Positions 38,623 to 47,852 of a stretch of 64,000 bases of DNA are shown one piece after another. Under the pieces are notes generated by a model. The model did not search any database, was not told the DNA's origin, and saw only the letters and a list, made by a program, of their open reading frames with translations. Both the position numbers and the translations under genes were made by a program. Every line of letters starts with the position of its first letter. Position 1 is the first letter of the stretch. The DNA is from Planctomycetota bacterium (GTDB lineage: Bacteria; Planctomycetota; PUPC01; JACPCR01), in NCBI GenBank assembly GCA_016179685.1, contig JACPCR010000061.1, forward strand, positions 28,336 to 92,335, written 5' to 3'.

Positions 38623-39363
38623 ATGACGACCAGGGCCAGAAGAAGACCTTCCTTCGGTTCTCCGGATTTGAGGCTGCCCGACGATCTGCGGGGGCCCCTC
38701 TTGCAGCATCTCGCGGACCTCCGGCAGCGTTACCTTCAGCGCGGCTGGGGCGGCAGCACCGGTTTCGGCCAGAGGCCGGCCCTCCTGGTGATCGACCTCG
38801 CGCTGTTCTGGACGGATGCCCAGCAGCAGATCGGCAGCTCGCTCGACTCCGTGCTGCACGCCGCCCGCCGCGTGCTCCGTGCCGCTCGAAAAGCGAAGAT
38901 TCCCGTCTTCTTCTCGACGTACGACTACGATCCGGCTGAGCCGCCGAGCCCGCATTCAAGGAAGCTGAAACTCGCTCTGAAGCCGGGCGATCAGGACTTG
39001 TTCAAGCTGGACCCCCGGCTGAAGCATCGGCCCGGAGAGAAGGTCATCCGGAAGAAGTACGCCTCATGCTTCAAGGGCACCAATTTTCACGAGATGCTGG
39101 CGGCCCTGGGCGTGGACACGCTGATCGTGACGGGGATCAGCACCAGCCACTGCGTGTACGCGACGTGCCGGGACGCCACGGACAGCTTTCACGTCATCGT
39201 GCCGCGGGAGGCGGTCGGCGAGCGCTGCGAGCTCATGCACGAAGTGTTTCTGCACGACATCGGAATGGACCTGGCCGACGTTTTGCCCGCGGAGGAAGTC
39301 ATCGCTTACCTGGCTCGTAGACGTGTAGGGAAGTGCACCCGCACTTCCTTACACGCCTACTAA
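38623..39363 (+). CDS. Isochorismatase-family cysteine hydrolase
   Basis: ALLVID, KKYASCF.GT and TGISTSHCV (D-K-C triad). Confidence 0.88.
   Translation: MTTRARRRPSFGSPDLRLPDDLRGPLLQHLADLRQRYLQRGWGGSTGFGQRPALLVIDLALFWTDAQQQIGSSLDSVLHAARRVLRAARKAKIPVFFSTYDYDPAEPPSPHSRKLKLALKPGDQDLFKLDPRLKHRPGEKVIRKKYASCFKGTNFHEMLAALGVDTLIVTGISTSHCVYATCRDATDSFHVIVPREAVGERCELMHEVFLHDIGMDLADVLPAEEVIAYLARRRVGKCTRTSLHAY
39315..39362. repeat. 48-bp palindrome, copy C, between convergent genes
   Basis: GTAGACGTGTAGGGAAGTGC-ACCC-GCACTTCCTTACACGCCTAC; 18/20 bp stem. Confidence 0.85.
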
Positions 39364-42300
39364 CGGCCGTAGACCGCCACGGTGTTGTCCATGTTCCCGG
39401 CGATGAGGATTTCGCCGTCGGGGCTGAACTGAAGGACCGTTGCGGTCCCCTTGTGCGGCAGCCTCTGGAGCATCTGGAGAGAGAAGAGGTCCCAGACCTG
39501 CAGGCCGCCGGTGGCCGAAGAGAGGGCGAGAAACTGTTCCTTGGGCGAGACGGCCATGGCAAGGACCTTGCCGCCATGGGGATCGAGGACCCGGCGCAGC
39601 TTGAGGGTCGAGGTATCCCAGAGGCGGACCAGGCCGTCGATGCCGCCGGTGGCGAGGGTGCGGCCGGTGGGAAAGAAGGCGGCAGAGGAGACGCCGCGGG
39701 CACCCGTCTCGAAAGAGCCGACAACCTGGTACTGAAGGAGGTCCACGAAGTCGCACTTGGAGGGCCGCAAAGCGACGGCGTAGAAGCCGTTGGGCGAGAC
39801 CGCCACGCCGTGAACCGGCCTGACGCCCTGGGGCAGCTTGGCGGAGCCGTCCCAGAGCTCGATCCCCATCTTCGCATCGGCGGTCTCGCTTTCCTTGTCG
39901 AGCCGGGCCTGAGCGTCCGGTGGGAGGTCACCCGCTGCGCCGGGCCCCTGTCCCGTGCCTGCGCCGGGCGGGAGATCGGACCCGCTCGGGGGACCCGGAA
40001 CTTCTTTGTCCGGTTTCTGGAGCAGCTTGACGCTGCTGCCGCTCGGGCGGAGCTCCCCCTCGACGAAATCGGGGACCGCATCGCCGATGGGTCTGCGCGG
40101 CGGGGCTTTCCCGGCCGGCTTCTTCACACCCTTGTACTTCTCGATGTTCAGACGCCATCTCGATTCCCCCTTCACCGTCTCCATCACGGCGTAAACGCCG
40201 CGCTCCTGCTCCGGAAGAACCCAGGTCGCATCGAGGTCCGGCGTCTTCCATGGGAATGTGCCCACCAGGTTGAACTTCTCGCCCAGCTCGAATTCCTTCA
40301 CTTCTCGGTCGGTCGAGACCAGGAGATGGTGCGTCCTGGCGTGGAAGGCGACCATCAGCACCGGGCGGTTTTCCCTCTGTTCGGCGGCGCGTTCGCCGGT
40401 GCGCGTCTCCCAGACGTCGATGCGGCCGCTCGGGGAGGCGGCGGCGAACCATTTCCCGTGGGAAGAGACGGCGATGGAGGTTAGCCCGGCGTCGGTATAG
40501 CGGGGCAGGCCCAGGGCATGAAGGAGCTGCAGAGGAGGGGCCGGGGGCGGCTCGGAGGGCTGGGGGAGAGCAACGACGTCCGAGCCTTTGACCCAACCGG
40601 CGATGCGCCGCGAGCCCAGGATGGTCACAATGCGGTAGGTAGGCTGGCGTTCCTCGGCCAGCAAGAGGGGCCAGGCTGCGGGCAGCTTGCCGACCATCTT
40701 GTCGCCGTCCATGACGTGGGTCTCATCGGCGCGGGTTGCGGCCAGGCCGGGTACGGCGATGTCCGAGCCCGACTTCTGAAGCGAAGCCTCCTCCATCCAT
40801 CCCAGCACTTCCTGGCCTGAAACGGCCAGTTGCACGCCGTACCACTTCCCCTTCTTGTCACGGACGGTCACCGCCTGCCCCTGTTTGAGATTGAGCAGGA
40901 GCTGATTGCCCTGGTAGAGAGGGGCCTGGTCGGAGGCGACGACGAGAGTGGCCCCGACGGGGAGGGATTCTTCCTCGACCTGGAGGAGGCCGTTCTCCTC
41001 GAGCTGGTCGATGGACACCTGGATGATGAAGGCCAGGTCCAGGTTCTGGGCGTTGGTCTCGAGGCCTTTATAGAGAGTCGAGAGGGCTGAACGGTCGCCC
41101 AGGTCCCCGAGCGTGCGGGCCGCGGCCATGCGGACGGCGACGGGCCCGGACTCGAGGAACGGGAGGAGGTCGGGCACCAGTTCAACCACTTTCTCCTCGC
41201 GGACGGTCTTGATGGCGGCGAGGACTCGGGGCTCGTTCTGGATATGCAGCTCGTTTTGCAGGCGCTTGATGGCCTCGGGCGAGGCGAGGGCGGCGAAGCC
41301 GGCCAGCACGTCGAGACGCTGGGCATCCTTCGCCTCGAGGGCAAGCTTCTGGAGGACCGGAAGGACGGAGGCGTCCTTGAGACGAGCGAGGGACTTGGCT
41401 GCCGCGATCCGGACCCGGATGTCCGCATTCGAGAGCAGAGGCTGCAGGACGGATTTCACCTCCTGGCCTCCGAGGCGGCCAAGCGCCTCGATGGCCGCCG
41501 TTCGGCTGGCGATGCCAGCCTGGGACCCGGCGAGCCGGACGAGTGCGGGCAGGGCGGTCTTGGCCTTGAGGATGGTCAAGGCCTCGATGGCGAGGAGTTG
41601 GGCGCTTTCCACCTTGGAATCGAGGACCTTGATGAATCGTTCGTCGGCTGCTCGCGAGCCGAGCAGGGCGAGCAGCTCGATGGCCCGTTCCCTGGCAACG
41701 ATGTCCCGCGAGTTCAGGTCCTGGACGAGCGGGGCCTCGACGGAGGACCCCATCAGGCGCACGATCGAGGTCAAAATCTGCCGCTGGGCGGGTACGGACC
41801 ACGAGAGATCGCGAAAGAGTTCCAGGAGGATTTTGGGGCCCCTGGCCGCCACCGTGCGGATCACTTCATCGCTGTTGATATCCTCGGCTTCCTCGCGGAG
41901 CTTCTGCAACAGGGTCGCCGTCGGTATCCGGTCCATCCGCGAAAGGTCCAGGTAACGCCGGGTCTCCCAACCGCCGATGAACTCCCGGAAATCATTCTCG
42001 TCTCGGATTTTAAGAATCTCCCCGTTGGCCAGGAGGATGAGGTTGAGACCCTCGTGGTTGCCAGCCTTGTCCCAGACGAGGGGCCGCAGCGCCGGGAGAT
42101 TGAGGTCGATCTTCTCCTGCACGATATCGAAGGCCGACTGGTAACCGACCAGGAACTCGCCGATCTTTCCAGGATTCGGGTCGCCGGGGCAGGTCAGGCC
42201 CTTGCGCGGGTCCACGAGTTTTTCCTTGGCCAGGTCCACCAGCTCGTCCGGGTAGTACTTTCCTTCGCCCTTGGCTTCAACGAACTTGTGGAGCGCCTGG

Positions 42301-42425
42301 CCGATCGCCTTCAGCCGGTTTTCGCATTCCGCGACCTCCTCGACGGCTTCCGGGACGGCCGGGCCAAAGAGAAGGAGGCCGAGTCCGAGGAAGAGGCGGG
42401 CGGGGATGTGCGGTGGCGTCATCAT
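39360..42425 (-). CDS. Secreted protein: DUF1559-like N-terminus, HEAT repeats, SH3-like domains, WD40 repeats
   Basis: CENRLKAIGQAL, CPGDP and H-X9-NG; RxAAAxxLG HEAT repeats; LATGGIDGLVRLWD WD40. Confidence 0.8.
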   Translation of the reverse strand: MMTPPHIPARLFLGLGLLLFGPAVPEAVEEVAECENRLKAIGQALHKFVEAKGEGKYYPDELVDLAKEKLVDPRKGLTCPGDPNPGKIGEFLVGYQSAFDIVQEKIDLNLPALRPLVWDKAGNHEGLNLILLANGEILKIRDENDFREFIGGWETRRYLDLSRMDRIPTATLLQKLREEAEDINSDEVIRTVAARGPKILLELFRDLSWSVPAQRQILTSIVRLMGSSVEAPLVQDLNSRDIVARERAIELLALLGSRAADERFIKVLDSKVESAQLLAIEALTILKAKTALPALVRLAGSQAGIASRTAAIEALGRLGGQEVKSVLQPLLSNADIRVRIAAAKSLARLKDASVLPVLQKLALEAKDAQRLDVLAGFAALASPEAIKRLQNELHIQNEPRVLAAIKTVREEKVVELVPDLLPFLESGPVAVRMAAARTLGDLGDRSALSTLYKGLETNAQNLDLAFIIQVSIDQLEENGLLQVEEESLPVGATLVVASDQAPLYQGNQLLLNLKQGQAVTVRDKKGKWYGVQLAVSGQEVLGWMEEASLQKSGSDIAVPGLAATRADETHVMDGDKMVGKLPAAWPLLLAEERQPTYRIVTILGSRRIAGWVKGSDVVALPQPSEPPPAPPLQLLHALGLPRYTDAGLTSIAVSSHGKWFAAASPSGRIDVWETRTGERAAEQRENRPVLMVAFHARTHHLLVSTDREVKEFELGEKFNLVGTFPWKTPDLDATWVLPEQERGVYAVMETVKGESRWRLNIEKYKGVKKPAGKAPPRRPIGDAVPDFVEGELRPSGSSVKLLQKPDKEVPGPPSGSDLPPGAGTGQGPGAAGDLPPDAQARLDKESETADAKMGIELWDGSAKLPQGVRPVHGVAVSPNGFYAVALRPSKCDFVDLLQYQVVGSFETGARGVSSAAFFPTGRTLATGGIDGLVRLWDTSTLKLRRVLDPHGGKVLAMAVSPKEQFLALSSATGGLQVWDLFSLQMLQRLPHKGTATVLQFSPDGEILIAGNMDNTVAVYGR

Positions 42426-42547
42426 CGCGGTTTCGTGGCGATATCCGGAATTTCAATCGCGTGGCTCATCATGAAAGCACAGGGGGGCGGGGAGCAGACC
42501 TCCGCCTTCATCAATCAGGACTCGCCGCCAGCAACCGTCTCGTGTCT

Positions 42548-44092
42548 TCAGTCTTCAGCCTTCAGCATGGCCTTGGCGAAGGCGCAACTCTCGCAGTTCC
42601 GGTCGTCCCGTTCGAAATCGGAGTAGAGCTGGTAAAGCCCCTGCTGCCGGCAGGCGGAAGTCACGACCGCGGAGGCGCGGGCTTCGTCGCCGAACACCCG
42701 TGCGGCCATGAACCGGGTGACGTTCGTCGGCGGCAGCGGCTGCCATTGATGATACACCTGGTGGAGGAGCGATTCCAGGCCAGGGTCTGGCCGCTGGAGG
42801 GCCCGGGCAAGGAGAGCGGGGAGGGCGACATTGACGAGCATGACGCCGATCCGGTCGCGCCCGATGAGGCGTGAGGGCCTGGTGGCGCGCCGGTCTCCGA
42901 AGGCGCACCGGAGCGACCAATAGGGGTCCCTGCCCGGGGAGAGCTCCGACTCCAGGGCTTGGGTGATGCGGCGTGATTCCTCCCGGCTCAGAGGTTGCCT
43001 CGAAAGACGCGGGTCATCAGGGATCGCTTTTTCGAGGGAGGCCACGAGTCCGTGGTCGAGGCGTCCGGCGAGCCAGTGGCTGGCGGCAGCGAGCCGTCGG
43101 GCGGGAAAGTTCACGGGCCTCGTGCCGGAGAGGTCCCAGTCAGAAGGCTGCATGTGGACGAGGCCTGTAAGGGCCGGCAAGCCGGCCAGGACTTCCGAGT
43201 AGGCCTGAAGCAACTTCTCGGTTTCGGCGTCGGCCAGGCCCGGAAGCCAGCCTTCCTGCGGCCACAGGCCGGAAAGCCGGAAGAAACAGGCCTGGAGGGC
43301 GATGGGACCGAGGGCGGCGGCAGGGGCGAGCGCCCGGAGGGGAGCGTTCCGGGCCAGGGTCTCAAACGCGTCCTGATTCCTCTTGTAGCCGAGCGATGCC
43401 ATCCAGGCTTCATAAAAAGCCTGGTCTTCACCGGCCTGCCGGGCCCGGCGTGCGAGGGCGCGGGCCTTCCGGAGGATGCGTTCGTCGCCTGCGGCCTCGA
43501 GAAACGAGGCCACCCAGGCCCCGTCCACCCGATTCTCCCGCAGGTAACGGTGGCACAGCCCCGCGGTGGGGGCCGAAGGGATTGGAAAGTGCTCCTGGGA
43601 GAGCGTGTCCAGAAGCTCGCCCAGGTCCCGGTCCAGGTTGTCCTCGACCACGAGCTGCCGGACCGGTTGACCTTGTTCGTTCACCACGAAGTCGCTCTCG
43701 CGGTCGTTCCAGAGGATCACATGGAGGAGGACGCGGTTATAGCGGGGGTCACGATGATGCTCGTGCCGATACCAATCGGACGCGCCGAGGTGGATTTCGA
43801 CGTCGCCGCGCTGGACGGGCTCGTCCCCGAAGGCGAGTTCTGCCTTGAGGAAATCGGGGCCGCCTTCGGGATTCCACCAGCCGGGGGTGACGATCCGGAC
43901 AGACTCACCGTCGAGCGTATGAAGGCTTCCGAGGGCGAGGTGCTGCCCGTACCAGATGCAGCGGACGACGCGCTCGCGGACCGGCACGCCGCGATAGTGG
44001 CCTTTCTCTTCGACCACGCCGGTGGCCCGTTCCACCGCCTCGCGATAACGTTCCATGAAACGGTACGGCGGGATGTTTTCTGGCTGGAGCAT
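42548..44092 (-). CDS. DUF2851 family protein
   Basis: PG.WN..GGPDF, GDVEIHL.ASDW..H.H..DPRY..V.LHV and RPVNFPARRLA motifs. Confidence 0.85.
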   Translation of the reverse strand: MLQPENIPPYRFMERYREAVERATGVVEEKGHYRGVPVRERVVRCIWYGQHLALGSLHTLDGESVRIVTPGWWNPEGGPDFLKAELAFGDEPVQRGDVEIHLGASDWYRHEHHRDPRYNRVLLHVILWNDRESDFVVNEQGQPVRQLVVEDNLDRDLGELLDTLSQEHFPIPSAPTAGLCHRYLRENRVDGAWVASFLEAAGDERILRKARALARRARQAGEDQAFYEAWMASLGYKRNQDAFETLARNAPLRALAPAAALGPIALQACFFRLSGLWPQEGWLPGLADAETEKLLQAYSEVLAGLPALTGLVHMQPSDWDLSGTRPVNFPARRLAAASHWLAGRLDHGLVASLEKAIPDDPRLSRQPLSREESRRITQALESELSPGRDPYWSLRCAFGDRRATRPSRLIGRDRIGVMLVNVALPALLARALQRPDPGLESLLHQVYHQWQPLPPTNVTRFMAARVFGDEARASAVVTSACRQQGLYQLYSDFERDDRNCESCAFAKAMLKAED

Positions 44093-44164
44093 GGAGTCCG
44101 GCGCTACAGTCTAAGGGTGTAACTTCTCCGCGCCCGCTAGCGCGGGCACCCGGCGGAGAAGTTG

Positions 44165-44200
44165 AAAGGTGTCAGTTGATTCCTGAACCCTGACACCTTT
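44165..44200. repeat. REP-like inverted repeat
   Basis: AAAGGTGTCAG-N14-CTGACACCTTT, preceded by the AACTTCTCCG...CGGAGAAGTT hairpin (44121-44163). Confidence 0.7.
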
Positions 44201-44478
44201 TCCAGCCTTGTTCGGTTGCGGGCCTCGCCCGCCTTAGGCACTTGGGACGCCAAACTTGGAAACTTTTTTCGATCTGCGCCGCTTCGCGAATGATCTTTGC
44301 CGGGTTTAGAAGGTTCGGCTTTTTGCCATGGATCGCAGATCCCGCCGGGATGGCAAATCTGAAATCCGCGAGCCCAAAGGAGAAATGCCGCCGCCCTTCG
44401 GGCGTCTGCATTTCTTGTGAAATCCGCTTGCCGGCGGATTTCAACAAAAACTTCTGCGGACCCGCCAGGGGCGGCGGG

Positions 44479-45480
44479 TTAAGACCCCTCGTGCTCGTCC
44501 TTCGGCTCGCGGCGCATCAGGTCGCGGACGGCCCGAGCGGGACTCTTGTGCTGGAAAAGGACACGATACACCTCCTGGCAGATGGCCATTTCCACGCGGC
44601 ATCGGGCAGCCAGACCGCGGACGGAGCGCGTCGTGTCGACACCTTCGGCTACCTGTTCCATGGAGGACCGGATTTCCTCCAGTGATTCGCCACGACCCAG
44701 GCGTTCACCGACGGCCCGATTCCGGCCGTAGGGGCTTGCGCAGGTTGTGTAGAGGTCGCCCACCCCGGCCAGCCCGGCGAAGGTCTGGGGCCGGGCGCCG
44801 AGGGCCTTGCCGAGCCTGGCGATCTCGGCCAGACCACGAGTGAGCACTGCGGCCTTCGTGTTGTCGCCGTAGCCGAGCCCGTCGCAGATGCCCGCCGCAA
44901 TCGCAATGACGTTCTTCACCGCTCCGCAAAGCTCTACGCCGATGAGGTCCGAATTGGTATAGACCCGGAAATTGCCGCCGTTGAACAGCTTCTGCGCCTG
45001 CCGGGTGAGGGTGCGGTCCTCGGAAGCGATAACGACGCTGGTCGGCCGGCCCCGAACGACTTCCTCGCAGTGGCTGGGACCCGAGATGGCGCCGACCGGC
45101 ACGTTTCCCAGAACGTCGCGAATGACCTGGCTGCCTCGAAACAAAGTGCGGTTCTCGATGCCTTTCGATCCGCTGAGGACCGGCACGCCTTCGGGATAGA
45201 CTGGGCGCACGTGCTTCAGGGTCGGCCGGATGAACTGGGTGGGGACGGCTTCAACGACGAGCTGAACACCATCGAGCGCCTCGGCGGCATCCGTGACCAG
45301 GTGCACTTCGGGCGGAAGCTTGATGCCCGGGAGGTACTTGGCGTTTTCCCGCGTCTCCATCATCGCCCGCACGTAGTCCGAGCTGCGCCCCCAGAGTTTC
45401 ACGGCGCAACCCCGATCGCGGAGGTGGATGGCCAGGGCCGTGCCCCAGCCGCCTGTGCCCAGGATGCAAATGTTTCTCAT
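44479..45480 (-). CDS. gpsA: NAD(P)H-dependent glycerol-3-phosphate dehydrogenase
   Basis: GTGGWGTALA, SKGIE, SGPSH, GAVKNVIAIAAG, GDL..TC...RN and AEGV motifs. Confidence 0.96.
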   Translation of the reverse strand: MRNICILGTGGWGTALAIHLRDRGCAVKLWGRSSDYVRAMMETRENAKYLPGIKLPPEVHLVTDAAEALDGVQLVVEAVPTQFIRPTLKHVRPVYPEGVPVLSGSKGIENRTLFRGSQVIRDVLGNVPVGAISGPSHCEEVVRGRPTSVVIASEDRTLTRQAQKLFNGGNFRVYTNSDLIGVELCGAVKNVIAIAAGICDGLGYGDNTKAAVLTRGLAEIARLGKALGARPQTFAGLAGVGDLYTTCASPYGRNRAVGERLGRGESLEEIRSSMEQVAEGVDTTRSVRGLAARCRVEMAICQEVYRVLFQHKSPARAVRDLMRREPKDEHEGS

Positions 45481-45592
45481 CGCTGGAATCCTGTGACCGA
45501 GAACGCGAACGCCGATTCCGAAGCGGACCCGTTAATCCGCCAAGCCGGATTTCTTATGCCGCCGGGATGAGAAATCCAACTTATCCTCCGCC

Positions 45593-45855
45593 GAGCAGAC
45601 GAGTTAGCAAGTGCACCCGCACTTGCTAACTCGTCTGCTTTTGGAAACCCCTCCCTCCCGTAGGGATTCCGCTGGGAAACGGGAGCACTGCGGGAGGCGA
45701 AACAAGAAAACTCGATATCCCATAAGTGACCAATTCACAAGTGGTTAAATTGGAATGACTCTTGAATTTCGCCTCCCATCTGAATCCCTGCTGGAGGGGT
45801 TTCCGGCTAGCACACGTGTAAGGAAGTGCCCCCGCAATTCCTTACACGTGTGCTA
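45593..45855. mobile_element. Composite ~260-bp non-coding element: palindrome D, nested stems enclosing the 59-bp core, palindrome E (MITE/REPIN-like)
   Basis: D has a perfect 21-bp stem (45594-45639); E pairs 21/22 (45808-45855); inner pairs 45643-45654/45793-45804, 45662-45669/45782-45789 and 45692-45702/45767-45777. Confidence 0.65.
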
Positions 45856-45985
45856 TGTAGAAGGAATGATCTCCCATGTCGTTACTATAATGAGAAGCCT
45901 CAGTCGGTCAACTCCATCGGATGCACCCGTATTGCCCCAGGGATGCGGGGCCGGGGGGCGTTGCCGCTGATGTGCGGCGGTTACA

Positions 45986-46107
45986 CAGTCCAACCATTCA
46001 CAGACTTGACGCGACAGCGCTCAGCGAGAGACCGAAGACTCCCCATCCACCGTCACACGAATGCGCTCAAGCACATTTCTGCTAAAATGCCGACCATATA
46101 TTTCCAT
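45986..46107 (-). pseudogene. N-terminal remnant of a DUF4338/IS4-type transposase
   Basis: MEIYGRHFSRNVLERIRVTVDGESSVSR*ALSRQVCEWLD, with internal TGA and truncation. Confidence 0.55.
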
Positions 46108-46320
46108 GCCTGAGGTCTGCCACGAATGACCCACGGTGTTCGCTGTGTCCATGTGACAGGCCATGTGCGGGGTGTATGGAGGTCAAGTCTGTTTGGGCTT
46201 TCGCTGTTCAGCATCACGGTAACTTTCTGTAAAGCAAGAGTTTAAAGCTCACACCATAACTGCTCGATGAGTTCGGGTAAGACGATCGGGTCAAAGCTAA
46301 GAGTTACGAACGGAGAACCC

Positions 46321-47103
46321 ATGAAGACCAACCTGGCTCGGAAAAGGCTTCGTGACGGGCAAGCGACGATCGGCACGTGGGCCGTCTATGATTCGCCGGA
46401 CCTTGTGGAGCAGATGGCGCACCAGGGCCTCGACTGGGTGGCCCTCGACTGGCAGCACGGCCAGTTTACCGAATCGACGCTGAATCAGGCGCTCGGCCGT
46501 TTCCTCGCCGTCTCCTCGTGCCCCATCGTCCGGGTTAAAGCGATCGATCCGGGCAACATCAACCGGGTCCTGGACATGGGGGCCATGGGAATCATCGTTC
46601 CCATGATCGAGAACGCGGAACAGGCCAGGGAGGTCGTCCGGGCCGCCCATTACCCGCCGAGGGGCGTGCGGTCCGGCGGGGGCGTGCGCCTGGGTCTGAT
46701 CGGGGGGGGCGGTTTCCCCGAATATCTCGGCCGCGCCCAAGAGGAAATCCTGGTCGTTTTGATGGTGGAGACCGAACCGGCGATCGATAATGTCGTCTCC
46801 ATCATGGAGGTGCCGGGCGTCGATGCGGTGCTGATTGGGCCCGGAGACCTGATGATCGATGTCAAGGCCCGGGGGCATGACGAGGCGCGCCACGAACATC
46901 TCGTCCTCCAGGTGGCCGAGGCCGCCCGCAAGACGGGCACGGCCGCCGGATACGTCTGCACGACCCGTGAGATCGTGGAGAAACGGATGGCGCAAGGCTT
47001 CCGATTCCTGAGCTACCGGTCCGATCATGCCATTCTCATGGACGGCTTCACCGACCTTCGCACCCAGTTCAAGGCCTGGACGCGGGAGGGTCAAGCGAGA
47101 TGA
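46321..47103 (+). CDS. HpcH/HpaI aldolase family protein
   Basis: LDWQHG, VLDMGA.GIIVPMI, YPP.G.RS, MVET and IGPGDL motifs; GGAG RBS. Confidence 0.9.
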   Translation: MKTNLARKRLRDGQATIGTWAVYDSPDLVEQMAHQGLDWVALDWQHGQFTESTLNQALGRFLAVSSCPIVRVKAIDPGNINRVLDMGAMGIIVPMIENAEQAREVVRAAHYPPRGVRSGGGVRLGLIGGGGFPEYLGRAQEEILVVLMVETEPAIDNVVSIMEVPGVDAVLIGPGDLMIDVKARGHDEARHEHLVLQVAEAARKTGTAAGYVCTTREIVEKRMAQGFRFLSYRSDHAILMDGFTDLRTQFKAWTREGQAR

Positions 47104-47852
47104 GAAGCATCCGAGAGGCTCTCTGGCTTTGGGGGACGAAAGTCAACGGCCTGGAAAGCATGGGATTCCCGCCCTCGCGGATGAGCGTCGCACGAGGCTT
47201 GCAGGCCCTGCGCCTGGACCAGGCCATGATGTGCGGATTCCTGCCGCCTGCGGAGGAGGAATACGCCCCGGTGAGCCATTGCCGCAAGCTGCTCTGGGAA
47301 ATGAGCTTCGAGCCGAATTTCGCTTTCGAGCGGCCCATGTCCCCGATCGTCGAGCTGCATCGGCGACATCCGAACGTGACCGGCGTATTACTGGACGACT
47401 TCAGCTCCATCGAGATCAAGAAAGGTGCCCGGCCAGAGGTTCTCGCCCGCATGCGCGAGGCTCTGCCCCCGTCACTCCAGCTCTGGATCGTTGTTTATTC
47501 CATGAACCTGGGCATCTCGAATCTCCCGGACTACCTGCGGCACGTCGATGGCATCAGCTTCTGGGTCTGGCACGCGAAGGACCTTCCTCGGATAGCGGAA
47601 TGGGTGGCGCGCTGCCGTGACCTGGCCGGCCCCAAGCCCATGATTGCCGGTCTGTATTTCTATGATTTCGGGGATGGGAAGCCGCTGACGGCCGATGCCA
47701 TGGCCCAACAAGTGGATTCGGGAGTCGAGCTTGTCCGATCGGGTCATTGCGAAGGTCTGTGCCTCTTAGGCTCCTCCATCATGGATATCGGGCTGGAGGC
47801 GGTGGACTGGACCCTCGGGTGGGTGGAGCGGAACGGCGACGCGGCGGTCTAG
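47100..47852 (+). CDS. Hypothetical protein (possible TIM barrel)
   Basis: 250 aa; ATGA overlap with the aldolase; GVLLDDF and GLYFYDF motifs. Confidence 0.72.
   Translation: MRSIREALWLWGTKVNGLESMGFPPSRMSVARGLQALRLDQAMMCGFLPPAEEEYAPVSHCRKLLWEMSFEPNFAFERPMSPIVELHRRHPNVTGVLLDDFSSIEIKKGARPEVLARMREALPPSLQLWIVVYSMNLGISNLPDYLRHVDGISFWVWHAKDLPRIAEWVARCRDLAGPKPMIAGLYFYDFGDGKPLTADAMAQQVDSGVELVRSGHCEGLCLLGSSIMDIGLEAVDWTLGWVERNGDAAV

Noticed and set aside
44172-44447. Short ORFs between DUF2851 and gpsA (also 62784-63026)
   Set aside because: No motifs or convincing RBS; they cross hairpin repeats
46000-46192. 11-bp inverted repeat ACAGACTTGAC / GTCAAGTCTGT, considered as an inverton or 6S RNA boundary
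   Set aside because: The left arm lies within the transposase remnant coding sequence, the interior does not pair as a rod, and no invertase is nearby
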